A program made the translations under genes and the position numbers. Positions 28,542 through 42,003 of a DNA stretch of 64,000 bases are shown here, piece by piece. Every line of letters starts with the position of its first letter. The first letter of the stretch is position 1. The notes under the pieces are model-generated. The model did no database searches, was not told where the DNA came from, and was given only the letters and a program-made list of their open reading frames with translations. The DNA lies in the NCBI GenBank assembly GCA_964270895.1, contig OZ185435.1; one strand, given 5' to 3'. Origin of the DNA: Podarcis filfolensis (Eukaryota).

Positions 28542-28967
28542 TTTATTATTTATACCCCGCCCATCTGGCTAGGTTTCCCCAGCCACTCTGGGCGGCTTCC
28601 AACAAAATATTAAAATACAGTAGTCCATCAAACATTAAAAGCTTCCCTAAACAGGGCTGCCTTCAGAGGTCTTCTAAAAGTCAGGTAGTTGTTTATTTCC
28701 TTGACATCTGATGGCAGGGCATTCAACAGGGCAGGCGCCACTACCAAAAAGGCCCTCTGCCTGGTTCTCTGTAACTTGGCTTCTCGCAGTGAGGGAAGCG
28801 CCAGAAGGCCCTCGGCACTGGACCTCAGTGTCCGGGTAGGACGATGGGGGTGGAGACGCTCCTTCAGGTATACTGGGCCGAGGCCGTTTAGGGCTTTAAA
28901 GGTCAGCACCAACATGTTGAATTGTGCTCAGAAACGTACTGGGAGCCAATGTAGGTCTTTCAAGATA
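28499..28967 (-). mobile_element. L2 LINE 3' fragment with (TAA)n tail
   Basis: ORF 28628..28915 (LVLTFKALNGLGPVYLKERL..RAFLVVAPAL..FRRPLKAALF) is the L2 ORF2 C-terminus. Confidence 0.88.
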
Positions 28968-29733
28968 GGGTCTCAGCCTGCATACCACATGGAAAAACTC
29001 AAAATATAAAACTGGAAAAAAACAGGGATGCAACCAAGCCTATCTATGATGTGAGATTATTTTACTTGGAAATGTGTGGGGTTTTTTTTTAAAGCTCTTT
29101 TTCTTTTAAAGTGGAGAAGTGTTTGCAATGTAGGTATTTGCAATGGGGTGGAGGGAAATGGCTGGGGGCCAGGAAATTGAAACAGTATGAAGTGGTAAAG
29201 TGGACCGCTGCACTGCATACTGTACACAGGTGGGGTGGGGGGTGGAATCACGTTTCTGAGTGTTCCCCTGTGTTAAAAGCTCATCGCAAGTAGAAAACCA
29301 CCACATAGCATGCAAATCTTTCTCCTTGATATGCTAGCTTTCTGTTTGCATATTGTTTTCCCCAACATGAAACTACTCATCCACAGTCTGAAATGGTGCA
29401 TCTCAAATCCAAGGAGTTCTGTTGCATTTGAAGGCACAACTTTATTTCATTCAGCTGAAGTAAAATGTAGTTTACAAACAACATCATCAAAACCCAGGGT
29501 TTTTAAACACCTTTCCTTTTTAAAAAAAAAAAAAAAAAAGCCTGATACCTTCTGGGCTTTATTGTCTAGTGCGAACATTTTCTGTTGTGTTTATGGTTCA
29601 GAAAACTCTCTCTTGGTGGTAATTAAATGTCCTGCTTGAGTTAGTACTGCACCTTTCACCCTTTCACGTTTAATTAATATTCACGTGGAAAACTTTTCAT
29701 GAACGATTTGTATTTGTCAGGAGAAAGACGTGA

Positions 29734-30054
<321 letters not shown>

Positions 30055-30397
30055 TGACCGGCAGGTGGGTTGGGTGCTGCACACCTGGCCTTCTGACAGC
30101 TGCACTGATGTGTTTATCAGGATGGAAAGATGGCAGGAAGGTTGGTGCAGCAGCTGGGTTGCACCTGCCCCTGCCCCTGAGCACCAGACTGCCATGTTCT
30201 GTTGCCTTTTGAAACCTCCCTCGCTTTCAAATGTGGTTTGTCCTACAGCAAGGGTTGTTGCCGTTTGAGAATCAAAACTCCCTTGGAACCAGCTCTAGTT
30301 GTAGTTCTTTGAACTCCAGCAAAAGTGTGTCTTAACTTTCTGCTGAAGAGTGGGGCATCAGATATTTTAAACAAGTGTGGCTATAGCCCGTTGCCTC

Positions 30398-30400
<3 letters not shown>

Positions 30401-30453
<53 letters not shown>

Positions 30454-30915
30454 TTATTTATACCCCATCCTTCCTGGCCAGAGCCAGGCTCCGGGCGGCT
30501 AACACCAGTAAAATTACAATAAAAACATAATTGGGGGGAACCAATTTAAAATACAGGTTAGAATGCAATTTAAAATGCACCCTCATTTTAAAAGTTGCCC
30601 ATAGATCAAAACTGTAATGGGAAGGAAAACAGACTGAGTCCAAACCAAAGGCCAGGCGGAACAACTCTGTCTTGCAGGCCCTATGGAAAGATGCCAAGTC
30701 CCACAGGACCCTAGTCTCTTGTGGGACAATTCTTGTGACAGAATGTTCCACCAAGTCGGGGCCAGTACTGAAAAGGCTCTGGCCCTAGTTGAGACCGATC
30801 TAACCACCTTGCGACTTGGGACCTCCAAAGTGTTGTCATTTGTGCACCTTAAGGTCCTCTGTGGGGCATACCAGGAGAGGCGGTCCCATAGATACGTGGG
30901 TCCTAGACCGCATAG
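30401..30915 (-). mobile_element. L2 LINE 3' fragment, second subfamily, (TAA)n tail
   Basis: Minus frame STRARAFSVLAPTWWNIL, then FHRACKTELFRLAF. Confidence 0.85.
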
Positions 30916-33031
30916 TTAAGTTCATCCTGAAACATTCCATCTAGTGCGTTATAAAAATGAAGCCCGTAAATGCGGTTGTTCTAGTTAACTCTTGGCTAAT
31001 AATGGAGGGGGAAGGAACCCACAGCTGCATGTAGATCATGCTACCGGTGTGTGGGAAGCCCTGGTACAGGGGGCCCTTAAACAGCGTTCAGTTTCAGGCC
31101 ACTATTGCTATTTTTGTTTCAATTTGCACTGCCACCGATATATATGCTTACGAATTCCAATGTAAGGTTCCAAGTCCCTGCGTGTGCTTTAATATGCACA
31201 TGGAGCTCTTGCACAGATATTCTCCTCCCAGTGGGAGGAAGGAGAATACCCATGCATGCAACGAAACGCATGGTCAGATCAACTTTCCTCCATTGAAGTG
31301 AATGCTGATGCTGCTCCAGAAAGTGTAGCCCTGTGTGGGCATCAGGGCTCATACACCTGCTAGCGAAATTTTGGAATAATTGCCATTTTAAATGGGCAAC
31401 CATAGCAATATTTAGGATTCCCAATACTCTCTATTATACTTACGTTCCACTTTTCCTCCCAAGAGGCGCAGAGCATCTGACTGGGAGTCTTTCTGGGATG
31501 TCCACGTAAGACACTGACCAGGCTGCGATCTGCTTGGCTTTAGTAGTGTGCTAGCATAACTGCCTTCAGACTGTTTTTATGGGTCACATATTCTTAGAAT
31601 AAATGAATAATGAACAGCCTGCAAAATTGCATATATACATTTTTTTTTATTTTTTAAAAAAGTGATTGGGTTCCGTTTGCAAAATCAGCAATTACGTTAC
31701 TATAAGATTTGCTGCATAGAGTAGAGCCGGGCCCTAAAAACAGTCTGGTGCAGGAAGGAGGTCGAGGAATCTCTATGCCAGTGGTGGAAGCACAGTCCAA
31801 ATCAAGGCTTGCATACGGGCAATGGATCTTTGCTGCGGGACATATTAGACATTCCATAAAAGTCGATATATAAATAAAGTGCAAAACACAAGTAACATTT
31901 TCTGCGTCATCTTGATTAGGGAGTAAAATCATACACCCAAGGAAAGAGTGCAAGACTGACAACTGTCCATAGAAATGTATATATATACTGTATACGATTG
32001 AACAGTGTTACCGTAGCATTTTGCGGCATTTGTAAATAAGCTGCAGGCCTTCCTATTTGCATTATTCCATTGTGTTGCATTTTACTCCCCCCCCCAAAAA
32101 AAACCCCAGTGGGTGCTAATTGACTTTCTTCCCCCACCACCAAAGGGGGAAAAACCCCACCCAACATCCATTTGATCCAACGTTGATCGATTCTGCATCT
32201 TTTGCCATGTGTTGCCCTTCTACGATTGCCTGTAGCTCACCGGTTGTAATCACTCTTTAATTTTAGTACCTATTTTGGCCTGTTCACTGTTTTTGCACCT
32301 TCTTTCTGAGGCACAGCTTAATGACATCTATATGAATCACGCTGCATGTGTATTCCAGCTGTGAACATGTAGTAGCATATAATGATGAAGCAGAGATTTT
32401 TCCCCAGAAGCAAGGTTCTCTGTGTTCTCAGTAGGCAGCCGGTAGGCTCCCTTTAATGTCTGCGAAGATCCAGTAGCTAAGATATGGGCCATCACCTACA
32501 TGGTGCACAGCATGAAACATAGCCCTAATGAGCCAGTCTTCCCGCAAGCAAGGCTAGCAAGGATTTTTATGCTGCACTTGCTTATCGCTTCTACTGTTCA
32601 CCGGCTGGCTTTGCTGAGCGAAGGTGTTGTGGCGAGGCCCCATTGTGCTTAGCATAAACTCCTTTTTGTAGGACATTAATACAACTCTCCTTTTTTTACA
32701 AGTAGGGACAATTCTGTCGGCAGAGAAGACTTAAGATAATGCAGAAAGTAGAGTGCCTTTCAAACTTCTTAAATGGTTTGTCATGCTGCTGAAAGAGCAT
32801 CTGTCAGATTTTTTGAATAATGAAAACTCTTGCTGTTTCCTTGACTTGCCTCCGTCTCCACCCCCCATCTTGCTTTATTTCTTAAGAATTTTAACTTCAG
32901 AACTCTTCTATACACAAAAACAAATCCTAGATATGTTGACATTAGAAAGGACGCAAATGTCCTCTGCTGTCCTGTGAAAATGGCTGCCGTTGTTGACAAG
33001 AGGTCTATATTCTTTCTTCATGACAGTAGAA

Positions 33032-33167
33032 CAGGCGTAGGCAAACTCGGCCCTCCAGATGTTTTGGGACTACAACTCCCATCATCCCTAGCTAACAAGA
33101 CCAGTGGTCAGGGATGATGGGAGTTGTAGTCACAAAACATCTGGAGGGCCGAGTTTGCCTATGCCTG
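33032..33167. mobile_element. hAT MITE, same family as 56098
   Basis: TIRs CAGGCGTAGGCAAACTCGGCCCTCCAGATG / CATCTGGAGGGCCGAGTTTGCCTATGCCTG. 8-bp TSD cagtagaa. Confidence 0.93.
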
Positions 33168-34109
33168 CAGTAGAAGTATTAGGATAGTAAAACTGCAATG
33201 AGGGAGAAATAAACCTATGAAGTGATTTGCAGGGTGTTTTCTTTTCTTCATTTACTGAAAGTCCTTTCCTGGCTCCTCTATATGGATGAAGGGCCATTGT
33301 CTGGAGCAGTAAAGAGTGACTGGAAGTGAGGACCATAGAGTCTTCAAAAGGATAGGGCACCTTTGAAAAGGAACATGTCCAGTCCTACAAATGGCTCACT
33401 GGAAACCCATCGCCATAGAGAGGCTTGGAGGGGCAAGGAAATTAGATCCACTAATTTCTAACACAGTGACTCCATTCTCATGTCACCATGAAGCACATGG
33501 TTTGCCTTGAACACACAATGGATCTGACTTCGCTCCTCCCCTGAGTGTGAGCAGGGACAACAAACCACTATGTGAAACAAGGGTATGAGACTCTCTCTCT
33601 CTTTCTGGTGGCCCCAACAAAGCATAATCCACTCTACAATTCATGGAAAGCTCCCATCACCATATGAAATGCAAATAGCAGGTTCTGAGGGGCAGTTTTT
33701 GTTGGTACCATGGCAGGGAGACAAATAGTTAAACTTCTCTTTCCAATCTCCCAGCCCCAAGGGGGTGTGCAGCTTGATTGCATTCACACAATTAATGTCA
33801 CATCTAATTTGGCCCCAAAACACGGGCTTTAATTGGGACCCTCTAGGATAGAACCTAATTTTGAAAACTGGCATCACCAGTTATCTCACCACAAGAGTAA
33901 CCACAACTACTGGCATGAATGCTTCTTAAGTGTTTGAGACATGGGCTGCCGGGGCAAAGGGAGTGGCATTGGATATATTGTCCAGGGTGCTGAACAATTA
34001 GAATTTAACAGAGCGCGATAAAACTCAAAAGTGCTAGGATTGCGAAGGGTGACCCATAGCATTACAATCTGGGTACTGTGTTACTCACTTCTTGATTACT
34101 GTAATACAG

Positions 34110-34560
34110 GGGGGGCTGCCTTGGAAGGCTGTTCATAAACTACAGTTGGTTCAGGCTCCTGAAGCTACGCTTCTTGTGGGGTGTGATGTGGGGACTCACG
34201 GTACTCCCCTTTTGAAACAGCTGCACTGGCTTCCAGATGTTTCTCATTTTGTCCCATAAAGCCCTAAAAACAGCTTGAGATCAGGTTATCTGAAGGACCG
34301 CCTTCTTCCATATAGTCCTGACTGAGGACTAATGCCTTCCAGAGGCCCTTTTCACTTTCCCTTTAGGAATTCCTACTGTGACACCGCATAAAAATCCTTT
34401 TGTGTGGTGGCCCCTCCATCTCTGGAGATCTCTATGATTCCTTCACCGTATGCATTTCAGGGAGCAGTTGAACCTTTCTCCTCAAACATTTTAGCTCTTC
34501 AACCTAATTTGGGTGCTGTGAATTTGCTCATATCTTATTGTTTTTTTAGGGTTCCCCGTT
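34110..34560 (+). mobile_element. Old, degraded L2 RT C-terminal fragment
   Basis: Remnants of KLQLVQ..A.LL, KQLHWLP and GYLKDRLLPY with frameshifts. Confidence 0.6.
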
Positions 34561-35441
34561 CTGATCTCCTTGGGAAAGAGCAGGATATAAGCTTATCCAG
34601 TGCTGTTTTTCTAGAAAAAGAGGTGCCAGAACTCACCATGAACACCTCCCTCGTTCTCTTAGAATGGCAACGGCGCTCACCTGAGAGATGCCAGAACTGA
34701 GCTCTGGCTGAAAAACTCCCTGAGCTTTTCTTAAAGAAAGAAATGCTTGGCTTTTCATTGCAGAAGCAAGGACAACCCTATGTGGGAAAAGACTGAAGTC
34801 AAATAAGTAGATTCGCTTCAACAGGAACATGCTTTGTTTCAAATGTAGTTCAGCAGTTTTAGCTCCGGAACTCAGTTCTGTGTCAGTTTGGGCAAGAAAC
34901 TATCTGAAGAGGGTGGGGGTGGGGGAGTGGAAAAAAAGGATACTTAATTAATATGCAAGAATTAGTGCATAGAACTTATGTCAGGAATTGGAAGCAGATG
35001 GAGACACATGCTAAGCAGAGACTTGTCAAGTTTAAGGGGGCTAAGCTGCAGCTGCACAGCACCTGCTGTATCATTGTCAAGCATTGTGGGAACATCGACA
35101 TGGAATTGAAAGGAGGACAAATTGAACAGTTTTATGGTTATATTATGGAAACTCTTCCCTCTTAGGCCTGATTCACACATGCAAATAGTGGCTACTTATA
35201 ATGCAACTGCAGAATACTCAGTGCACCAAGTCATTCATGTAAAGCATTGTGTGTGTGTGTGTGTGTGTATATTTTTTTTCCTTGCTACTCCCCGCCCCCC
35301 AAGCCACTGGAAATACACACATTTCCTTTTATTTTCCATTTTGCAATGACAAATTGATTGCCGCATGGAGCAGACTGTGCTTGGTTGCATTGTATACCAA
35401 ATCCAAGATGCTGTTTGTAAGCGTGAATCAGGCTTCGGGTT

Positions 35442-35442
<1 letters not shown>

Positions 35443-35493
<51 letters not shown>

Positions 35494-35713
35494 CCCACCC
35501 ATCCAACTGGGTTTCCCCAGCCACTCTGGGTGACTCACAACAGAATATTAAAAACATGATAAAATATCAAACATTAAAAAACTTCCCTAAACAGGGTTGC
35601 CTTCAGATGTCTTCTAAAAGTCAGACAGTTGTTTATTTCCTTGACATCTAACGGGAGGGTGTTCCGCAGGGTGGGTGTTACTACCGAGAAGGCCCTCTGC
35701 CTGGTTCCCTGTG
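35443..35713 (-). mobile_element. L2 3' fragment with (TAA)n tail
   Basis: Homologous to the left part of 28499-28967. Confidence 0.85.
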
Positions 35714-35921
35714 ATCCGAAAACCTCTTATTCAAGAACATTTGCAGTGAAGTTGTCAGGACTAATCTAAAATCAATGTACGAGAAACATATTCTCTGTTC
35801 CTCCCCTTGCTATGCTTCATTTCAGCATTGTAAGTCTAGGTAAAGGACCACGGTTCCAACAACTGCATGAGCAAAGTTCAAATTCCTGTCTGTTTCAGAT
35901 CCCAACCTTAACCATTCTGAG

Positions 35922-36090
35922 CAGTGGCGTAGCGTGGAGGGTGCAGGGGGGGCCGGCCGCACTGGGCGCAACATCTGGGGGTTAGGGTTAGGGGGCGCAA
36001 ATCCACAGGTTAGGGGGCGCAAATCCACGGGTTAGGGAGCGCAAATTACTTGCCTTGCCCCGGGTGCTGACAACCCACGCTACGCCACTG
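35922..36090. mobile_element. hAT MITE with internal GGTTAGGG-containing tandem repeats
   Basis: Perfect 16-bp TIRs CAGTGGCGTAGCGTGG / CCACGCTACGCCACTG. 8-bp TSD attctgag. Confidence 0.93.
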
Positions 36091-36914
36091 ATTCTGAGAC
36101 ATGGGACCAGCTTGGCATTTACTCTTTGAGAAAGCACAGTGATGCCTAGCCCTGATAGGAGAATAGGAACGTGACCTGCTGACCAGCCCATGTTAGCTCC
36201 TTGCTCCTAAATTCTGTAACATTTCAAGCCTACTCACAGCGAACCAAAGGAGTTGATTGAGGGCATTGGTATGTGTGTGGGGGGGGGGAGCACTGAAATA
36301 AATACAAACATTTCAAGGCTAGTAACTGCTAGAAGTGCAGGGTGAATATCTGGCCTATTAAGCCTTCAGATTAAAGACCAAGGAGTTGTTTGCAGACTTC
36401 TGGACATTAGATATACACATCTAATGTCATTCCTTGTCCCCATTTAGGGCATTTCGTTAGAATCTCTTAGTTTGCTCAACACAAAAGTCAAGGTAAAAAA
36501 AGAAGCTTAAATTAAAAAAATCTACTGGAAAATACAGTAGATTCTTTATTTAACCTTTTGACTTTGGTGTTGTTTGTTTCTGGTGTACTGTCAATTAAAT
36601 TTACCCTTCATCTATCGCCGCCCCCCCCTACTCTCCAGGTAATATCCAAAGTTTAACTCAATTCCCCCTTTGCTTATTTATTATATTTTTATCCCATTCC
36701 TCCCAAGTTGTCCAGAGTAGTGTGTGTTGTGTCTTCTGCCAGTTTAAATCCACAAGATTGTGAGATCAGGTAGATTGAGAGTTGTTGATTGACTCAAGGC
36801 CATTGTGGCTGAGTGAATTCAGGACTCTCTAGTCCTATTCCTGACACCATTATATCACACTGGCCCTCAGAACCACAACATATTTTTTTAAGCACTTGTC
36901 AGAATGAAACCAGA

Positions 36915-37172
36915 TAGAGTGGTACCTTGGTTTAAGAACAGCTTAGTTTATGAACAACTTGGATTAAGAATGCTGCAAACCTGGAAGTAGATGTTTTGGT
37001 TTGTGAATTTTGCCTTGGAATAAGAACATGTTGCGCGCTTCCTGTTGAGTGTGTTCCATTTGTAAATTGAGTTCCCGGCTGCTATGGGAAAGCACGCCTT
37101 GGTTTAAGAACGCTTTGGTTTAAGAACAGACTTCCAGAATGGATTAAGTTCGTAAACCAAGGAACCACTGTA
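36915..37172. mobile_element. Tigger/pogo-like MITE, related family
   Basis: TA-GAGTGGTACCTTGGTTTA ... TAAACCAAGGAACCACTG-TA: degenerate TIRs. Confidence 0.72.
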
Positions 37173-38748
37173 CTAGGTAGCATGCCCTCTGAAAATGCAT
37201 TGCTTGCATTGTCCGGCTGAGACATAGGAGGCCGGCTGGCTGTATTAAGAAGCAGGTCAGCCCATTTACTGGGAATTAGTTACGTTCTTGTCAGTATGGT
37301 TTTTGGGATGTCAGGTACATTGTGGGGAACCTAACACATCCACGGAATGTGACTTGAGAATGTCCATGTTACCTAAAACCAGCATTATGTCAGAGTTTCT
37401 TTCTTTCATCCAAAGATCTCTTGCCGATTGTATTTTTATACACACACATACACACGCACACAAAAGAAAGGTTAAAATAAATTCCGGTGGAGTGGAAGTA
37501 ATGAAATCTTACATAGTTTAGTGTGAAACTCAAGATTTGTGTTGGCTTGAGCACAGCATGCAAGCATCCTTTTATGCGTGGTGCAGCTATAGTGAGCGCA
37601 TGCAGCAACTGCGTATTTTTCCTCTGCACATATGATAACATGCTCGCAAGCTACCAGGAAGCTAGGATTTATTGATGTCTTCCTGCCACACGTCCGTGCA
37701 TAACATTAGAATTCAGCCCTTTGTCTCCAGGGCAAATTTCTTGTGAGCTTTTCCCAATCGCTTCCCAATGTGAGATCTTGTCTGGCCTTGTGGAGGCCAC
37801 TTCAAATAGCTCCCTCTGATGAGTGGTCCATGCTTCAGACAGATGTAACATACAGAGTCATGTGTATTGCTCCCATTGTGTAGAAACAGTCTGCAAGCCA
37901 CTTTCAGGTATTCCTAGCGGCAGCTGATAGGGACATGGAAACTGTCAGTTCAAACCACGTTATAGCCACATGGCATGGACCACTTACCATGCAGAGGGTG
38001 TTTGCCCTGGCTGCCAGAGGGCCATTGTAATGTGGAGCAGAGTCATAACTATGGCACAGGGGGAAACTGGGAAATGTGCACTCTCAGGAACTCTTTGTGT
38101 ACATTGCAGGCTCCACCATAGCAAGGCTCCAATGTACATTTATTGATTTCCATTTTCCAACAAACACCAAACCATTACAGAAGCAGTTTGTTAGCAGTGA
38201 AGGGTAAGAGTATTTTGATAGCAGTAGCTTTTTTTTATTCTAGCGTGAATATAGACACAAAAGGAACTGTAATCTACAGGCACCTTTACTTTGGGAACTT
38301 CAGGAATATTTATTCCAGCATCAGCCTTTGGAATAGTAAACAAACATTTTAAATCAATTAGCTATTTGTTTTTCAAAAACGGAACAAAAATTGTGGTTTG
38401 TTTGGGTTTTTCCTTTGGCTTTGATAAAACTGTTTTCAGGATAGACACTTCTACAAAATATTTTACCTCATGCCATGCAAAGTTTTAATTTTCAACGTGA
38501 AAGCTCAATCTGCGTATGGTGCCTTGCATACTCATTGGTGGTGGTTATGCTATCTTCATGGTCTAAAAATAATAGCCAAGTCTTTTCAGAAAGAAATTCT
38601 TAATTGGCTGTTTATATTTAGACTCACTAATAATTTTACTTTCTGTTTATTGCTCACTAATCTGGTGGTGTCTTTTGCCTGGTTTTTAAATTGGTCCTAA
38701 CTTTCCTTTTTTTCTCCTCTATCCTTCCTTTCCTTTTTTCCCCACTAG

Positions 38749-39123
38749 TTTTGCTTCCCTTTTGCTGCAAGAATGTCTGAGGAGTCTTACTTTGAATCTA
38801 AAACAGAGGAATCAAACAGTGCAGAGATGTCATGTCAGATCACAGCAACAAGTAACGGGGAGGTAGCTGGTGTGAACCCAAGTCTGAAGGCCTTGATGAT
38901 GAAGGGCTTTGGGGATATCTTCCCTATGAACGAAGCAGGACCCGTCCTGCATTCTGGGATGCAGATAAATATGCAAGCCAAAAAGAATTCTTCCAAAACC
39001 ACCTCTATGAAAAAAGGGAAGAAACTCAACATGTCACTGGGGTTCCATGAATTCGACTTATCTGATGATGATGATTCTGATGATATTGATTTTGATGATG
39101 GAAGTGATAGTAGCAGTGAATGA
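38749..39123 (+). CDS. MAP3K20: MAP3K20 ZAK-beta-specific terminal exon, coding part: FCFPFAARMSEESYFESKTEESNSAEMSCQITATSNGE...DDGSDSSSE*
   Basis: Long polypyrimidine tract and TAG at 38746-38748. In frame with ORF 38773..39123. MSEESYFESKTEESNSAEMSCQITATSNGE and the acidic tail are the ZAK-beta C-terminus. Confidence 0.95.
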   Translation, partial: FCFPFAARMSEESYFESKTEESNSAEMSCQITATSNGEVAGVNPSLKALMMKGFGDIFPMNEAGPVLHSGMQINMQAKKNSSKTTSMKKGKKLNMSLGFHEFDLSDDDDSDDIDFDDGSDSSSE

Positions 39124-39968
39124 AAGAAATAAAAAACTGTAATGTGGCGTGTGAAACAAAGGGGGAGGGAAAAGATTTTTTTTTTCCTGAAAAAGAAGCT
39201 ACAAGTGTGAATTAAAACAACTTTGAAACCCAGCACCGCTCAGTTTCGTAGGCCCATTTTATTTCTTGTATGTGAGAAGTTATGTTTATACCCATATTTG
39301 GCTTTAAAATTTGCTTTAAAACACCTTATGTGTGTTTTTTTTTTAAAAGGGGGAATATTCTATTATGCTACAATATTTGGTTTCTTGTTTACTTCTCAAC
39401 ACCATAAGGAAACTGCAGACTGCTAGGAGTGTTTTTAATTCACATAATTGTTGGTAAATCATGAATATGTTGCTATTACTCTTGACGGGTTTTTGAGCAA
39501 GTTAACATCTGGATTTTTCATGTAAATTTGACAACCTCCTTTAAAATACCTTGTGTACAGGCTTTGCACTAGGATCTCATCCTCTTTCCCTCCACTGAAT
39601 ATTATTGTCTCTGACAATGCTGATCATCTATTTGGAGTAGAAGCAGCACCAAGCTTTCTGGCTTCAGTGACCTCTCCTCACACAGGTTGTCAGTTCTAAT
39701 ACAGATCTCCCTTCCATTCAACTGACACCTGATACAGGTTTCCCCTCCTCTTTTTGCACAACGAAGGACCTAATCCAGAAGAGCTATGCACACGTGTTGG
39801 GTTGTCCTTACAGGATGTGCAATTTAACCTGCACTTAAGCTGCAATCCTGCAACCACATACTTGGGAGTAAGCCTCACTGAACATCAACGGGACTGAATT
39901 CTGCTTGTTGCCATTCCTGTATATTTTTTGGGCAAGTACCAATTCATAACTAGAAATGAGAAACCGAA

Positions 39969-40216
39969 TACAGTCGTACCTTGGAAGTCGAACGGAATCC
40001 GTTCTGGAAGTCCGTTCGGCTTCCAGAATGTTCGGAAACCAAAGCACAGCTTCTGATTGGCTGCAGGAAGCTCCTGCAGCCAATCAGAAGCCGCGGAAGC
40101 CCATGTCGGGTGTTCAGGTTCCAAAGAACGTTCGCAAACTGGAACACTCACTTCCGGGTTTCGGGATCCAAAACGGTCCAAGTACCAAGGCGTTCGGAAT
40201 CTAAGGTACGACTGTA
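39969..40216. mobile_element. Tigger/pogo-like MITE family A, opposite orientation, in the putative beta 3'UTR
   Basis: TA|CAGTCGTACCTTGG ... CTAAGGTACGACTG|TA. Interior is the reverse complement of the 3973 copy. Confidence 0.88.
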
Positions 40217-41252
40217 TAACAAAATGGAATTTAAGCACAGCTTCTAGAAGAGAATGTGGACATGAGAATTCATTGAGGTATCCCTTTTCCTCCAATGTAT
40301 TTACACCACAAGCTCAACTGCATAGAAGTAACCAAAGACATAGCTGTGGACTTGTGGTTGAATCCAATATAGTGCTGAGTAAGAATCACATCAGTGCAAG
40401 GGCTTACACTGGTAAACTTTTCCACCATGTCCTCAAACATGCTCTCTAAACAGTCGTCCAGAGCAGATCTGAGGAGAGTGCAAGTTGCACACACTGGGGG
40501 AGCAGAGAGTTGAGAAAATCTGGTTGCACATGTTAAATCCTTGAACTGGTAAGAATGCATTCGTTGGCTGCCACCCATTATAATTAGTAGGGCTTTAACG
40601 TTTAGTGGATTAATTGGGTTAATTTAAACAATTAAAATTCCAACTCGGGCAGACTGAAACAACTCTTTTTTATATATATTTAAGAACATATATTTTTAAG
40701 AGCTTATTGAAAACTGTGAGTGGCAGACAGGAACTTACAAACTATCACCTCTTCTACAATGGGAAGGAAGGGATGGAGATATTTTGTCAGTGTCTAAATC
40801 CCCTACCCCGCTACCCTGGTTTGGAGACTACATAGCTTTGGGTCGTACAGACCCAACCGCTCTCTGGACCGGCTGTGGCAAGCATGACCCTATTTTGCCT
40901 TGCCAAATTTGGAAATCTGTTGCCAGTTTGGCCAGGGCCTCAGAAGAGGCGTTGCTGGGGGAGAGAGCTCCTCCAACATGGAATTGCCTTCTCTGAAATC
41001 AAAGCTGTATCTCTGACATTTGAAGGATAGATCTTAACGATCCTGTGTTTCCTGAAACACCCTGCTAGGGATTCTAACTGTCTTTTATTACACTACACTA
41101 GTACTTCAGCATACTTTTGCACAATAAAAAAAAATAGTTTGTCCCCTGGAGTGAGATAAATGTGAAAGTAGGCATAGCAAAGAGATTTGGTCTGTGTGCA
41201 TTGACAGTTGCATTGGTAATACTTAGGTAAGCATGTTATTCAGGAAAAAGAA

Positions 41253-41704
41253 ATCATAGAATCTGTTATCTTTTTAGAGTTGGAAGGGACTCAAGGGTCA
41301 TCCAGTCCAACCCCCTGCAATGCAGCAACCTCAGCTAAAGCAGATGGCTATCCAACCTCTGCTTAAAAATCTCCAAGGAAGGAGCGTCCACAACCTCTCG
41401 TGGGAATCTGTTCCGCTGCCAAACAGCTCTTACTGTCAGAAAGTTTTTTCCGAAGGTTTGGTCGGAATCTCCTTTCTTGTATCTTGAAGCCATTGCCTCG
41501 AGTCCTACCCTCCAGAGCAGGAGAAAACAAGCATGCTCCCTCTTCCAAGTGACAGCCCTTAAGATATTTGAAGATGGCAATCGCATCTCCACTTGGTCTT
41601 CTCTTTTCCAGGCTTAAACATACCCAGCTCCTTCAAGCGCTCCTCGTAAGGCTGTTTCCAGATCATTGAGCATCTTGGTTGCCCTTCTCTGCACACGTTC
41701 CAGT
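41253..41704 (-). mobile_element. CR1 LINE 3' fragment
   Basis: Minus frames give PYEERLKELGMF, RTRGNGFKIQERRFR and KNFLTVRAVWQRNRFPREVVDAPSLEIFKQRLDSHL (CR1 ORF2 end). ATTCTATGAT-type tail. Confidence 0.9.
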
Positions 41705-41969
41705 CAATATAACTTTTCTCATATGCAATGAAAGATACTTTGTGTAGAAAACACAGCATTTTATTTCCAGTATAATGTGGAGGGATCAAGGATGGCAGCC
41801 TATGCACAGAAATTGTTCACTGATCTGGTGGTGGTCCCTCTTTCGCACATAACACTCATATATTTTACAGAGATCCAGCTAGGACAGCAATTCTTATGGA
41901 TCTTTAAATAAGGGTGCCTGAGTAAATCTGGTATTAGAGTCTTGTAACCAAGACAGCGTACACACACGT

Positions 41970-41971
<2 letters not shown>

Positions 41972-42001
<30 letters not shown>
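41972..42001. repeat. (GT)n microsatellite
   Basis: Seen directly. Confidence 0.95.

Positions 42002-42003
<2 letters not shown>

Noticed and set aside
38749-38772. FCFPFAAR at the start of the beta exon looked like a compensated frameshift of LLLPLAAR, since another frame reads VLLPF
   Set aside because: The length is exactly 8 codons and the PFAAR part aligns codon for codon. Simple substitutions explain it.
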